Of a DNA stretch of 64,000 nt, positions 26,742 through 39,797 are shown in pieces. The DNA lies in assembly GCA_034780895.1 (NCBI GenBank), contig JAUZTB010000080.1:10605010-10669009 (forward strand), given 5' to 3'. The notes under the pieces were generated by a model. That model ran no database searches. It had not been told where the DNA came from and worked only from the letters and a program-made list of their open reading frames with translations. Position numbers and translations under genes: made by a program. The stretch comes from Rhynchobatus australiae (taxonomy: Eukaryota). How positions within the stretch are numbered: the stretch's first letter is position 1; each line of letters opens with the position of its first letter.

Positions 26742-27030
26742 TGCCTCATGGCTGCAGAAACCCAAGTTTAATCTCAACATCTGGTGATGTCTGTCTCCCT
26801 TTGACTGCATGGGTTTCCCCTAGGTGCTCCCGTTTCCCCCCGCATCCCAAAAAAAAATTCTGATCAGTAGGCCAAATGGTCACTGTAAATTACCCTTAGA
26901 ATAGGTGGGCGCCAGGAGAATCAGGGTGGAGTTATGGGCATATGAGAGAGTATAGGCTACTGTGAAATAAGTAGGGGGATACGATTGCTCTGAGAATTGG
27001 CAGACGATGGGCTGAATGTCATGAGAAATA
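26742..27030 (+). mobile_element. V-SINE / HE1-type SINE
   Basis: gactgcatgggtttcccctaggtgctcccgtttccccccgcatcccaaa core, then ggtcactgtaaattaccc. Confidence 0.7.
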
Positions 27031-27184
27031 TAAAGAAAGAATAAGTCCTCCACACACTTTCTCTAGTGCTGAGAATACAGTCCCCAAGTAGTACACCCTT
27101 AGCAATAATCCAGCCAGGACTCAGTGCAGCTGACACAATGGTCTTGAGTTGGTGGTGACGTAGCAGCACTCCTGCTGCATATTT

Positions 27185-27322
27185 GGAGCAACAAACAGTC
27201 AGCTGGAGTATCTCAGTAGGTCAGTCAGTATCTATAGGACACGATGACATCTATGGGACTGCTGAGTTCCTCCAGCTGATTGTTGCCCCCAGATTCCAGC
27301 ATCTGCAGTCTCTTGTATCACA
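27185..27322. mobile_element. Penelope-derived short fold-back element
   Basis: ggagcaacaaacagtcagctggagtatctcagtagg pairs with ctgctgagttcctccagctgattgttgcccc, followed by agattccagcatctgcagtctcttg. Confidence 0.6.
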
Positions 27323-27987
27323 TGCCGCTTACCTGCCCTTGTTCCCACCTGTGTGGTTGCTGATGTGCAACAGCCACCCCACGTTGAAACCACGTGACTG
27401 TTCTGTGTGGCATTTGACTCTGTTATTGTAGAACATATCCCTGAGTATCCTGATGTTCCAGATCCCAAACTTCATATAGAGTGGAAGTTGCCCATGTGGG
27501 AGTTCAAGCACAACTTTGTAAATTAATATGAGCACCCTTGACCCCATTCACAGTAAACCTGACTATCCAATCTCAAAACCATCACAGACTGACAATAAGG
27601 CCAAATGCAAAGTGGAAAAAAAGACAACATATCCCTGGGAACAGGTATCTCTGCTGAGAACAACTTATGTCATAAATCCACAACCTCACTTAGAAAAGAA
27701 CATTCCATAATCATGACCATCTTCAAGAAAGGAGACAAAAATTCAAGCAGTCTAAAGTGCTGGATTAAGGCTCCAGTCTCTTCGAGAGNNNNNNNNNNNN
27801 NNNNNNNNNNNNNNNNNNNNNNNNNNNNNNNNNNNNNNNNNNNNNNNNNNNNNNNNNNNNNNNNNNNNNNNNNNNNNNNNNNNNNNNNNNNNNNNNNNNN
27901 NNNNNNNNNNNNNNNNNNNNNNNNNNNNNNNNNNNNNNNNNNNNNNNNNNNNNNNNNNNNNNNNNNNNNNNNNNNNNNNNNNNNNNN

Positions 27988-28232
27988 GGCAGGATTGGTA
28001 GTGTAGCGGTTAGTGTAACGCTATTACAGCGCCAGCGACCCAGGTTCAATTCCAGCCACTGTCTGTAAGGAATATACAAATATTTTCCCTGTTTCTGGGT
28101 GGGTTTCCTCCAGTTGTTCTGGTTTTTTCCCACATTCCAAAGACATACAGGTTAGGAAGTTGTGGGTATGCTATGTTGGCTCTGTAAGCATGGCGACAAT
28201 GCAGGCTGCCCCCAGAACACTCTATGCAAAAG
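27988..28232 (+). mobile_element. V-SINE / HE1-type SINE, relatively young
   Basis: Pol III A box (tggtagtgtagcgg) and B box (ggttcaattcc), V core gtgggtttcctccagttg...cccacattccaaagac, and tail atgctatgttggc...ggctgcccccagaacactc. Confidence 0.85.
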
Positions 28233-28454
28233 AGTGGCTCCCTAAATCATAATGGGAATCATGCCCACCTAGAGACAACAATAGTCATGATGTTCATGTG
28301 TTTCACCTCTTCAAAGGAATACAGAGAACAGCATCACCTACCACATCACATCACCTCTGACAGCACAAAAACTTCACAATTCGGAGAACTCACTATACAG
28401 TACTGTCCTCTGATAATAAATGTATGTGTTGTGATTCAGCATCACCTTCAGCAC

Positions 28455-29150
28455 ACCAGCACAGCCTTCTGTGGTCTTAAGAAATGATTGAAGATCAAGG
28501 TCTCAAACAACACAAAGCTCATGGTCTACCAGACAGTGATATGTTTTTTTTTCCATGCTTCTGAGACCTGTAACATCTCAAAGCACTGGAGAAATACTAC
28601 CAATTCATCTCCAAAAAAATTCTTCAAATCCATTGCCTGAATAAGCAAACCAATTGATAGCATTCTCTTCAGTCCAACATCCTCAGCACTAAGGTCCTAA
28701 ATACCATCAGCTGACTCCAATGGACAGGCCACATTTGTTTGCACTAACTACACCACACACCTGAAAGATACTCCATTCTGATTTCATCACAGTAAAAGAT
28801 GCCAAAAAAGATACCAAGTGAACAGAGGAAAAGATTCAATAGTGTTCTCAAAGTCCCCTTGAAAATAAGTAACACCCCACCTGGCTCAGGGGAATCCTGA
28901 GCAACAAACATTCAGAACAGGTAAGGAGCGTGTAGGGTGGGATTTGAGTAGATCAATTTCATCTGCCAGGAGTATACAAAAGCCCAGTGTAAACAGTAGG
29001 AGGAACACATCACCTTCCAAACTACCCCTTCAAGCAGCTCCTGCCCAGTCTGTGACAGGGTCTATAGGCTCCACATTGGCTTCATCAGCCACTTCAGAAC
29101 CCACAGAACGAGGCTGGAAGCACATCTACCTTGATATCTAGTAACAGCCT
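28455..29150 (+). mobile_element. RTE-clade LINE 3' fragment
   Basis: Decayed motifs STAF.GL.K...EDQ.L..NTKLMVY..V, ASET, HLKALEKY.Q, IL QI, .LQWTGHI and QRKRF...LK..LK. An upstream piece of probably the same element (IMTIFKKGDK) lies at about 27640-27740. Confidence 0.75.
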
Positions 29151-29177
29151 AAGAAGGTGATTGTTTTACTGGTTCAC

Positions 29178-29228
29178 ATTTTTGGTTAAAAAAGTGGGAT
29201 TGTATTTTTGGTTAAAAAAGTGGGATTG
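29178..29228. repeat. Tandem duplication, period 26
   Basis: atttttggttaaaaaagtgggattg occurs twice, separated by one t. Confidence 0.9.
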
Positions 29229-31828
29229 CCAAAAGCAAACTTCAATATGCCAGTTATTTTACTACTGAAGATCAGCTAACACAATTCTGCCTTCATTGGC
29301 AAGGTTTTGACAAGTATTCTACAAATATTAAGAAGACCTATTTCAATTAAGCAATCTGTAGATGCTGTACAGTTATAGAGAAATGTTTGTACCACTGAAG
29401 ATGCTACATGGTGAAGTTTCTGTCTTAGTTTGCTATTTTCATTATTCTGGCATTTGACTATATATAGACTAGGTTACCACAGTCATAAAATTGAGGAAAT
29501 GACTTACAAAAAAAAGTGGGAAAAGGGTTAACCAAATACTATATAGCATGATGCAACATTGAAAGTTGAGACCTTCAAGTATTGCCTCATTTCAGCCTAA
29601 ATGAAATGATACTCCCCAACATTGTTTGCTTCTCTTATCTACACATACATGCTGTGAACAGATAGAAAAACACTATTGTAAGTATTCTTAATTTTGGAAA
29701 AAAATGCACATTGCAACTTGGGAGGTAATCAAAGTTAATAGACTGGCAGAAAGGGTGGTTGCCTTGAATCAATCATGCAGTTCAAGACCAGTGTAAGCCA
29801 AATGTGTATTTGACAACAGTTTAACAAATANNNNNNNNNNNNNNNNNNNNNNNNNNNNNNNNNNNNNNNNNNNNNNNNNNNNNNNNNNNNNNNNNNNNNN
29901 NNNNNNNNNNNNNNNNNNNNNNNNNNNNNNNNNNNNNNNNNNNNNNNNNNNNNNNNNNNNNNNNNNNNNNNNNNNNNNNNNNNNNNNNNNNNNNNNNNNN
30001 NNNNNNNNNNNNNNNNNNNNNNNNNNNNNNNNNNNNNNNNNNNNNNNNNNNNNNNNNNNNNNNNNNNNNNNNNNNNNNNNNNNNNNNNTTTAGTCCAACA
30101 ACCATTGCAAACTTTCCTTGTTTTAAGCACTTGCATGGTTTCTTTCTCGTGCTTCAACACTAATCCTGGTGTCTTCAAACACTAGGATTAAATTCCTTAG
30201 AATTCACTTCTAAAATTTTGTGTCTCACTCTTTTCTCAGACTTCTGGTAAGCATTCCTAATCTCTTCCAGTGGTTCAACAAAATTTTCCATACACTGTGT
30301 GGAAAATTTTCTACACATTCCAACTCATGCATGTTTTTATGCTGAGAATAAAAAGACTGCAAATGCACATCAGAATTGTCAAAATCTGAAGCACCAGGTT
30401 AACATGATTTGTCAGAGTAGGTAATGACAGCTCACACACAGTCTGACCAAAATCAAATGGTAGGAATAAATCATAGAGACAAATAACATATGGGGACAGA
30501 TAGAAAACCTAAGAGCCAATGATACCAAACACTATTTCCACTAATCGGTTTAAACATTTAAGCATATAGTAACCCAACAGATGCCAGCAAGAACATAAAC
30601 TTTACAATCCTATCACATGTAGGATTTATATTTTCAGCCTGCCTTTCATTCTTAGTCTGCTATACAAGTGAGCAAACATTCAGCAAACAACTGAGGCAGG
30701 TCTAATGATAAAATAACCAATATTGTCACTGATTTCAGGAAAAGATAATTAAGGGNNNNNNNNNNNNNNNNNNNNNNTCACTTGAACCGTATAAAAGTTT
30801 GACTATCCTCTCTCTCTCTGTTCATCCACTTTGTATGTGGGTGATATGCAAATTGATGCATCTGTGCTGAATTACAGTACTAGTAGAGACACAACTGGCT
30901 GCAACACTGTCATGTCAGGAAATGGAAAAATAGTGCATGGGTTCCCTCTCCTGCCAAGTGATCCCTGTTGAAATTGTACACACATGCACAAACTGGATCA
31001 GATTTAGCTGTGACACTCTGGGCAACTGGACTTGTGAACAAATGGTTACATCAACTGGAGATCAGAATGCAGCCAAGAACTTGATTCCTTCAGGAGAGGT
31101 GGCATGGAAGAGAATTGCTGAACAAAGTAAACAGTATTTTTGTATTATGTTCACAACAATGCCATAATATACATCAATACATTTGCGTGTATCAAGCATT
31201 TCTGGCAGGTCAGCAAAAAGTGGGCAACTGATTGTTAAGCTAAATAAAATGCATGGACATGCAATACTAGCCTCAAGAAATATACCTAAATAGGCATTTC
31301 AGGAGTTGTGCACTTTCAGACATCACAAGGTTGTGAAAGGAATTACATAAATGTAATTCTTTAACTAGCAAAACTTTAAATCTACATTTGGGTGTTTGAG
31401 CATTTAGATAATTCTTTACATTGTGGGTGGACATTTTACTCCACATAAGTGGAGATCTGCAGCTGTAGATGTAAATGTTAATTTATTGCTTCATGCTTGT
31501 TCTTCCACCTCCGCACGTGATATTTCCTTAGGAATTATTTTATGGACAAACACAGGCTTCATTTCATTCCACTACAGTCAACAATTTGATGTTCATGTGG
31601 AAGTACAGAGTCAAGCACACACCACATAAATGGGAAGTAAAGAGTGGGATGGGATTGTGCTGGTATCCTCCTTTGCACATCCAGTGCACTGCTACAGAAT
31701 CTGCTATTTACAAGTTTATCTTCATGGTATGACTGTGTATATTTGGGTACAATTGTTGAGCATTCACATCAGTCACACTTAAATTATACATTGCCTGCAA
31801 TGATCAATGGACTAAGCAGCAATACAAG

Positions 31829-31829
<1 letters not shown>

Positions 31830-31871
<42 letters not shown>
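31830..31871. repeat. (TA)n microsatellite
   Basis: About 20 perfect TA units; produces the YIYIYI stretches in the ORF track. Confidence 0.95.
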
Positions 31872-31876
<5 letters not shown>

Positions 31877-32684
31877 CAGACACTGAAAATCCAGAATAAA
31901 ACCAGAAAATGCTGGAAAAGACTATGCAGGTCAGTTTTGGGTAAAATGGTTTGGAACTTCCAAAAAGAGAGAAAACAAGTTACATTGAGGGTATGGGATG
32001 AATGGATGGGACAAACGTTACATCTCTGAGATGGCAAGACTTCGTCATAGCTGTTGATACAGCCATCTGGTTAATGGGCTAATAATGGCATGAAGAGAGA
32101 GAGAGAGAAAACAAGACAAACATGTAAATGCTGGGAAACGCAGGTCAGAGCTATAGGAAATGCCCAGATCAAGCAAATTTGTGACAAGAGAAAAAAACTG
32201 AAAGTATTAGATAGTTAACCTACAGCAGAAGTGGCAACTTATCCAAAATTGTTGAATTATGGGCACGTTGCAGTCTTCTGTACTCTATATCAAATTCAAC
32301 ATCTTCGGAACCTAAAATGTTAATTCTACTTCTTTCCTTTAGATTCTTCCTGACTTGCTGAGTTTCCAGCATTTTCAGCTTCATAGAATAATTCACAAAA
32401 CAGTGAATTTAAAGCATGTACTGAAATTCAAACCATAATATTGAGGTGGCTACTGGATGCGATTTGTTGAACAAAAAAAAGTGAATGACCCAGCACATTA
32501 GTTCAATGTTCTCTCACAAAGACATGAACCCAATCCAGGCCAGAGAGGATAACCTGTTTGGCAGAAGAATTCTGTGGAATAAAGCAAAGTATCCCAAGCC
32601 TGTTCAAAGCTTAATATACCTCACATTTGAAAACCACACTGCTTCTTGACATTCTGCTAACTTCTCCATACAAACACACAGATG

Positions 32685-33420
32685 AACATACAAATTAGGA
32701 AGAGTAGGTCCCTCAGTGCTTTGTCATTTAGTCATGGTTGATCTAATTGCAACCTCAAATCCACATTCCCATTTCTACATAGTAACCTCTTTCTTCTTGC
32801 TTATCAAGAAGCTATCTCTGCCTTAAACGAATTCAAAGACTCTGCTTTCATTGTCTTTTGAAGAATCCTAAAGACTCACAGCTATCAGAAAAAAATTCAC
32901 CTTATCTCAGTGCTAAATGACCAAATCCACATTCTTGATCAGTGACCCCTATAAATTCTTCACAAGACCATAAGATATAGGAGCAGAATTAGGCCATTTG
33001 GCCCACAGAGCCTGCTCCGCTCTTCAATCATGGCTGATTCCATTTTCCAGTCGTCTCCTCATACCCGCAACCCCCTTACCAATCAAGAATCTAACAATCT
33101 GCCTTAAATACTCCCAATGACTTGGCCTCCAGTCTTCTGTGGCAATGAATTCCACAAATTCACCACCTTCCAGTTGAAGAAATTCCTCCTCAGCTCCCTT
33201 TATTCTGAGGCTATGCCCTCAGATCCTAGATGCTCCTACTAATGGAAACATCTCCCACAAGAGAATGCATCCCCTCTAGAGCCAACCGTCAAGACACCTT
33301 GAGATGAGAGGCATTTCAATCATGTCTGCTACGCTCTTCTAAACTCCACCAGATAAAAATCTAACCTTTTCAATTTTCCTTCCTAAGACAACCTGTCCAT
33401 CAAGCAACCAAGACAAAACA
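32685..33420 (-). mobile_element. Nested CR1 3' fragments
   Basis: An older reverse CR1 tail is interrupted at about 32965-33255 by a second one (accataagatataggagcagaattaggccatt...gaattccacaaattcaccacc). Confidence 0.7.
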
Positions 33421-34395
33421 TCCAATGGAAATGACACCATGCCATTGAAGGCTGTGTCCAAATTTGAAATGAGAGATTGATGGCAAAGTTATCAAATGTT
33501 TCTTTAGACCACCACACGGGAGGTTTCCTCATCTGTTCCAGAATATCCTACTTCATTCACATCGACAGCAGAAGCAAACAAACCCTTACACAAAAAGGAG
33601 AGAGAAACTAAGCCATTTGGCACTTTCAAATCTCTTTTGTTATGAAAGGTAGCCAATTGACCTTGTTCCCCCATTTTCTTTCATCAGAATGACAAAATAT
33701 TTCAGTGCGGTGTCACAAAAAAATCTGCTAACACAATAATTTCAAGACATTTTTCTCTGTGAAACTAAGTTTCACCACCAGTATATTACCCTCAACTAGA
33801 AACTCACGCTCTCAATATATCTCGAGTTACAAGGGGCAGAATCTATAATTAGCCTTTGGGTGATTTTCACAGTTGATGTGATGTAGCATGAATATTACTA
33901 TCAATTTAAATCTTAGTGATAACTCTGACTGTAGAAGTTACTTATTGAAAAAAAATCATTACATATTCTTACTCTTAACAGCCTTCGAAAACTTGTTGAC
34001 CCTGAACTATTTTAAGATCATAGCCTTATTCTCTTATTGAGACTGCAGATCAGATTCACTCTTTTACTCTTTGCATTCTGACTTTACACCAGCACATCTG
34101 TGAATGGTGAAGGAAAAGAGTAAGTAACTTTGTTCTGCGTTAACGTGCTACAACAGAACCACTCTATTCAGTCAATGAATATATGAAGGGAAGAAAACAT
34201 TTTCTTCTGTACTTCAGTGAGTAATATTTTGCATGTTCCAACAGGATCATACTTTCATTCATCTGAGGAGATTCCAACATAACTATCAATGCGATTGCCC
34301 ATCAGTAAAGAACAGAGGTTAAAGAGAATTCTGTTCTTGCCTGCTTTCACAGCTCTACCCAAAATGCAGCACTATGTAATCATCCCTATAGCAAA

Positions 34396-34745
34396 GAGGC
34401 ACACAGCATGCAGCAGTTTTACTCAACTCCAGGGGCCTGGGTGCAATCTTGACCTCAGAGTGTTGTGCAGAGTTTGCACATTCTGTCCATGACCATGTGA
34501 GTTTCCTCTGGATGCTCTTGTTCCTCCCACATCCCAAAGCTAGAAGGTTAATTGGCTACAGTAAACTATTCCTTAGTACAGGCTATTGAAAAAAGAAATC
34601 ATAGGAGAGTTTATATAACATATGAGAAAGAATTAGTTGCAAGAACTGAGAGAAATGAGGGGAAAGAAGAGGACAAATGAGATTGCTCTCCCCCAAAAGC
34701 CAGCATGGATCTTTTGATCTGAATGGCTCTATGTAGTTATAAAAG
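34396..34745 (+). mobile_element. V-SINE / HE1-type SINE, old copy
   Basis: gagtttgcacattctgtccatgaccatgtgagtttcctctggatgctc..ttcctcccacatcccaaag core. Confidence 0.7.
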
Positions 34746-34769
34746 TATAAGAAAGTGGCAATCTGTGCA

Positions 34770-36411
34770 TGAATTGAAGCCAGAGGCAGTGGGTAATGAA
34801 TGAATATTATATTCAATGAGAGGGACCCTGTGGTTGGAGACTTTAGAAAGGGGGACAGTGGAATTCTAGAACAAATTATCATCAAAAAAGAGGAATTATT
34901 AGTCACCTTAGTGGGCTTAAAAGGTGATACATCTCCAGGGCCAGATGAGATGTATTCCAGGTTGCTATGGAAGGGAGGAGACTATTGGGGCTCTACAGAA
35001 ATCTCCAAATCTTCTCTGCCCACAAGAAATGCTAGATGATCGAGGTCAGCAAAGCTGGTACTTTTCTCCAAGAAGGGAAGCAAAGATAAGCCAGGTAATT
35101 ACTATCCCGTGAGTCTCACCTCAGTAATATTGATTTATTGGTTTATTATTGCCACATGTACTGTTGTACAGTGAAAAAACTTTGTTTTGCACGCCATCTA
35201 TACAGATCATTTCATCACATCAGTGCATTGAGGTAGTACAAGGGAAAAATTATAACAGAACGCAGAATAAAGTGCAGGAAAAGATTCTGAGAAATGAGAT
35301 GAGTCTGCACTTGGAGAGACAGAAATTAATCAAAGATAGTTTGCATGGTTTTATTAAGGGGAATATCCTGTTTGATTAATCTGACTGAATATAGAGAAGG
35401 TGACCAAGACCGTCAATGAGTGTGGTACAATTGATATAGTCCATATGAATTTAAAGCCTTTGACAAGGTCCCATGTGAGAGACTGCTCTGAAAGGCTAAG
35501 GGCCCATAGGATCCTCGTCAATTTGGCAAACAGGATCCAAAACTGGTTTGACGATGGGAGACAGAGGATGGTGGTTTAGGGCTGATTTTGCAAATGGAAG
35601 CCTGTGACCAGTGGTATACCGCAGGGATCAGTGCTGGGATCCTTACTCTTTATTATACATATTAACAATCTGGATGTGAATGCAGGAGTATGATTAGTAA
35701 CCTTGCAGATGACACAAATATTGGAGCTGTTAATGATAGACAGTAGTCTTCAGAAACAGAATGATATTGATCAATTAGTAAAATGGGTACAGAAATGGCA
35801 GATGGAATTTAATCCTAAAAAATGTGAAATGATGCATTTTGGGAAGAGCATTACAAATAGGATATACACAGTAACTGATAGGACCCTTGGAAGTACTGAT
35901 GAATAGAGGGAACTTGGTATACATCTCCAGAAGTACCTGAAGATAGCAGCAGAGGTATAAGGTGGTTAAAGCAGCATATTAGATACTTGCCTTCATTGTC
36001 CAGGGCAAAGAATAAGAACAATGAGGTTATGGTACAACTATATAAAACATTAGTTAGGCCAGAACTAGAGAACCATATACAGTTCTGGTCACCAGACTAC
36101 AGGAAGAATGTGATTGCATGGGAGAGTACAGAGACGATTCACCAGGATGTAGCTTGGAATGGAGAATTTCAGCTCCGAGCAGAGACTGGGATAGGCAACG
36201 TTTGATTTCTTTGCAATGGAAAAGGCTGAGGCGTACAAAATTACAAAGGACACAGGTAGATAAGTGAGAAACCTTTCCCTTATTAGAGGTGACCACAGTC
36301 AGAAGATATGGTAATGGGTAGGAGATTTAGAATGGATTTGAGGAATTTTTTCCACCACCCAGAGTGTAGTTGAAATCTGGAACACATTGCCCAAGGGTGC
36401 AGTAGAGACAG
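34770..36411 (+). mobile_element. CR1 LINE RT region, interrupted by a Rex1-type 3' tail (35127-35272, minus)
   Basis: [63 protein letters not shown] and VQLYKTLVRP.LE...QFWSP. Confidence 0.9.
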
Positions 36412-36654
36412 NNNNNNNNNNNNNNNNNNNNNNNNNNNNNNNNNNNNNNNNNNNNNNNNNNNNNNNNNNNNNNNNNNNNNNNNNNNNNNNNNNNNNNNNN
36501 NNNNNNNNNNNNNNNNNNNNNNNNNNNNNNNNNNNNNNNNNNNNNNNNNNNNNNNNNNNNNNNNNNNNNNNNNNNNNNNNNNNNNNNNNNNNNNNNNNNN
36601 NNNNNNNNNNNNNNNNNNNNNNNNNNNNNNNNNNNNNNNNNNNTGCATTTACCA

Positions 36655-36925
36655 ATGATGGTATTATGGACTAAATGCTTAGGCTTAGAACTCCAATTTC
36701 CTATATATCCAATTAATGTGACCTTGCACCTTATTGCAATGCACTTCCTCTGTAGCTGTGACGCCTTAATCTGTACTGTTAGTGTTTTTACTTGTACTAC
36801 CGCAATGTACTCTGTACTAACTCAATGTAGTTGCACTGTGTAATGAATTGACCTGTACAATTGGTATGCAAGACAAGTTTTTCACTGTACCTTGGTACAA
36901 GTAACAATAATTAAACCAATACCCA
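36655..36925 (+). mobile_element. Rex1/Babar-type LINE 3' UTR/tail
   Basis: gtgaccttgcaccttattg...ctctgtagctgtgac...caagtttttcactgtaccttggtacaagtaacaataa..aaaccaatacc; this is the reverse complement of the copy at 56080-56330. Confidence 0.65.
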
Positions 36926-38984
36926 TGTTAAAACAGCAGAGATTTGACAAAATTTGTAAATGGTGCATTAAATGAAATTAAATGATCCACTGTGCCAACC
37001 AGCAAAAACCACCTGATTGAAGAATATCATGCTGTTTTATTTACACTGCATTATCAAAAGATAGCAACTCTCCTGGATCTGAGCATAACAAAGCTGTACT
37101 TCTTCAATTAACACATTTGGAAACCATATAGCAGTAAGTAACAAACAGATGGAAAAGAGAAACCCTGTTCCAAAGGAATTGTACTGGATATTTTTTGTCA
37201 CATAATATGAATTTTTTTTTAAATTACCTGGGTCATCCAGGGGAGGAAAAAAAACTTTGAAACATCAATACGTAAACCTTAATTGACATACAGGATTTTC
37301 TGTCCATTTTAAAGGAGGGACTGTTTAATATCTCAGCTACTGGGGAGAGAATGCCTTTATCAAAGAATAAGTTTGACCATCCAATATTAAAAATATTAAT
37401 TCTTGGCTATTTACACATCAGGAATCTTAACCTCGAATGAATGGTTCTGAAACATTGGCACCTCAGTACTCAGGATGAATTCCCATGAAGAACATCATTA
37501 ATGGAATCAGCATTAAAAGGGGCAATAATAGCAATACATAGAGATGTGTTACTTAGTGCTGCTGTGCCAGGATGCTCATTCAAATACCTGTCTCGTGCTG
37601 CTGCTCCTGTAGCAATGAATCACCCCATGGCTCAGTATGGAAAGGCTCCTTGTGTGGGCTGGTATTGGGCAGGCCAGGGTGAGCAATGCAGGTGCTTGGC
37701 AATGGGAGGTGAGATTCAAGACTGCAACTGGGCTGGCACAGTGAGTGTGGGCCATTGTTGGGGATTGGCAGCACTTGAACCATATCCTTATAGACAACAA
37801 GAATCTTCCAGTTTGCCTCATTACCACCTTTTGGATGCAAAAGAAGTTGCTGTTTGCTATCCCATTTTGTTTGGCTGTACAACTCTCACCAGAAATTTCT
37901 ATACAGTAACAAGCTGTATATGGAGGCACTGTCAGACCTCAATGGCCTACACTTAGAGATACACCCTGGTTGGCATCTAAGCCCTACATCTCAGTGTTTA
38001 ATGGCCATACAGCTCACCACGGCCCAATGAACACCAGCCCTTACAGGCAGCCTCTTCAAACCAAGCCCTGGAGTGAATCAGAATGCTAACAGAGGAAGAA
38101 GGCTCATGCCAGCTTCATGGATAGCAGCTTACAGCAGCAGGGAGTGCTGGGGTTTGCATCAGGTTCCCAACACAGCAGCGAGGACAACAGGTGTTCATAC
38201 CAGGTTTCCAGCCCAGCATGAGCAGATGCCTTTTTATTTGGAAGTACAGTAGAGCATACCTGTGAGTGATGGAATTGAAGCACCAACACCACCAAATCAG
38301 TGCCCTGCACAGTACCAACATATCTAATGGTACCCCAGAAATGTGCTCAACTGGGGGAGACTACAGCTCAGTGCAGGATACTTTCAAGTATTTAAAATAT
38401 CAGGAAAATGATGGCACTCTTACAAATGCTTCAGTGAGAAAAATTTAAATGATGAATCTTCCCTGAAAATATAATGAAATTCAAAGTGGAACATTGCAAT
38501 TCATCGAGTTGGTCTGCTTAGACAAAAAATACAGCAGGTTAGTTGTCACGAGCTCAGAGTGAACGACATCTTCAGCATTTCATGCTGTTCAAACTCATTT
38601 TTATGCTCTTCATCGTGTGTTTCATAAAAAAAGATAAACCGTAACATTCATTATCAAGGAATCCTATTATTATAGAAATGGAAAAAAAGACCAACTAAAG
38701 CCACACCTTCCTGCCAAAATTTAAGGAAAAAGGGAATGGGAACACTGTACATCACATATGCAAACCTACAAACCTGGAAGAAAAAAGAATCCATGAAAGT
38801 GCCAATATATTCCACTTCACATCAGTATCTTATGGGTTATCCTAATGATAACAACGGAGGTTATCAAGAGCTGCCTTACTATCACATCAACTAAGATCAG
38901 CTGCTGAGGCTCAAACCATGAATCAAACCCACGACCTCCTCGGCATGTTGCATTCAATTCACCACAAAGGTCAGTCACACCAGA

Positions 38985-39551
38985 GTCAGTCATAGAGCAT
39001 GGGAACAAACCCTTCGCCCAACGTCCATGTATTGGCCCAGTGTATTGGCCCAATACTCACTGTATTGCCCAGTGAGCTAGTTCCACCTGCCCGTGTTTGG
39101 CCCAGAGCCCTCCAAACCTTTCCTATCCATGTCATATCCATCTAGATGGCTTTTAAATGTTGTTGATGTGCCTGCCTTGACCACTATTTCTGACAGCTCA
39201 TTCCAAATATGCACCACCCTTTGTGTGAAGCTGCCACCCCTGATGTCCCTTTTAAATCTCTTGCCTCTGATCTATGCCCTTCTGTTTTTAGTCTTTTTCC
39301 CAGGAAAGGGGTGCTATGTGCTTCCACCCTATGCCCCTCATAAATTTTATACACCTCTATCAGATCACCCCTCAATCCCCTATATTCCAGGGAGTAAAGT
39401 CCTAGTCTACGCAACCTCTCCTTGTAACTCAGGCCCCCAAGTCCAGGCAACATCCTGGTAAATCTTTTCTGCATTGTTTCTCGCTTAATAACATCTTCCC
39501 TATAACAGGGTGACCAAGACTGTACACAATACTCCACGTGCGGCCTCACAT
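38985..39551 (-). mobile_element. CR1 LINE 3' end
   Basis: VRPHVEYCVQSWSPCYREDVIK.E..QKRFTRMLPGLGGLSYKERLRRLGLYSLEYRGLRGDLIEVYKI. Confidence 0.9.
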
Positions 39552-39797
39552 ATGGAGACATGTGGGGCAAGTGTTTTACGCAGAGGGTGGTGGGTGCCTG
39601 GAATGCGCTGCCAGGAGATGTGCTGGTGGAGGCAGGTGTGATAGAGGTGTTTGACAGGCTCTTAGATAGGCACATAATTATGCAGAGAATGGAGAGGTAT
39701 GAACCGTATGCAGGCAAAAGGGATTAATTTAATTAGGCATCATTAACTTAATTAATTTGGCACAACATCGTGGGCCGAAGGGCCTGTTCCTGTGCTG
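39552..39797 (+). mobile_element. CR1 LINE 3' end (different subfamily), abutting the previous copy in opposite orientation
   Basis: FTQRVVGAWNALPG and tail gggccgaagggcctgttcctgtgctg. Confidence 0.85.

Noticed and set aside
27988-28065. tRNA-like sequence with A and B boxes
   Set aside because: It is the head of a V-SINE and continues directly into the SINE core; no complete cloverleaf is evident.
39184-39717. 177-aa ORF, the longest gap-free ORF in the track
   Set aside because: Chimera of one antisense and one sense CR1 fragment, not a gene.
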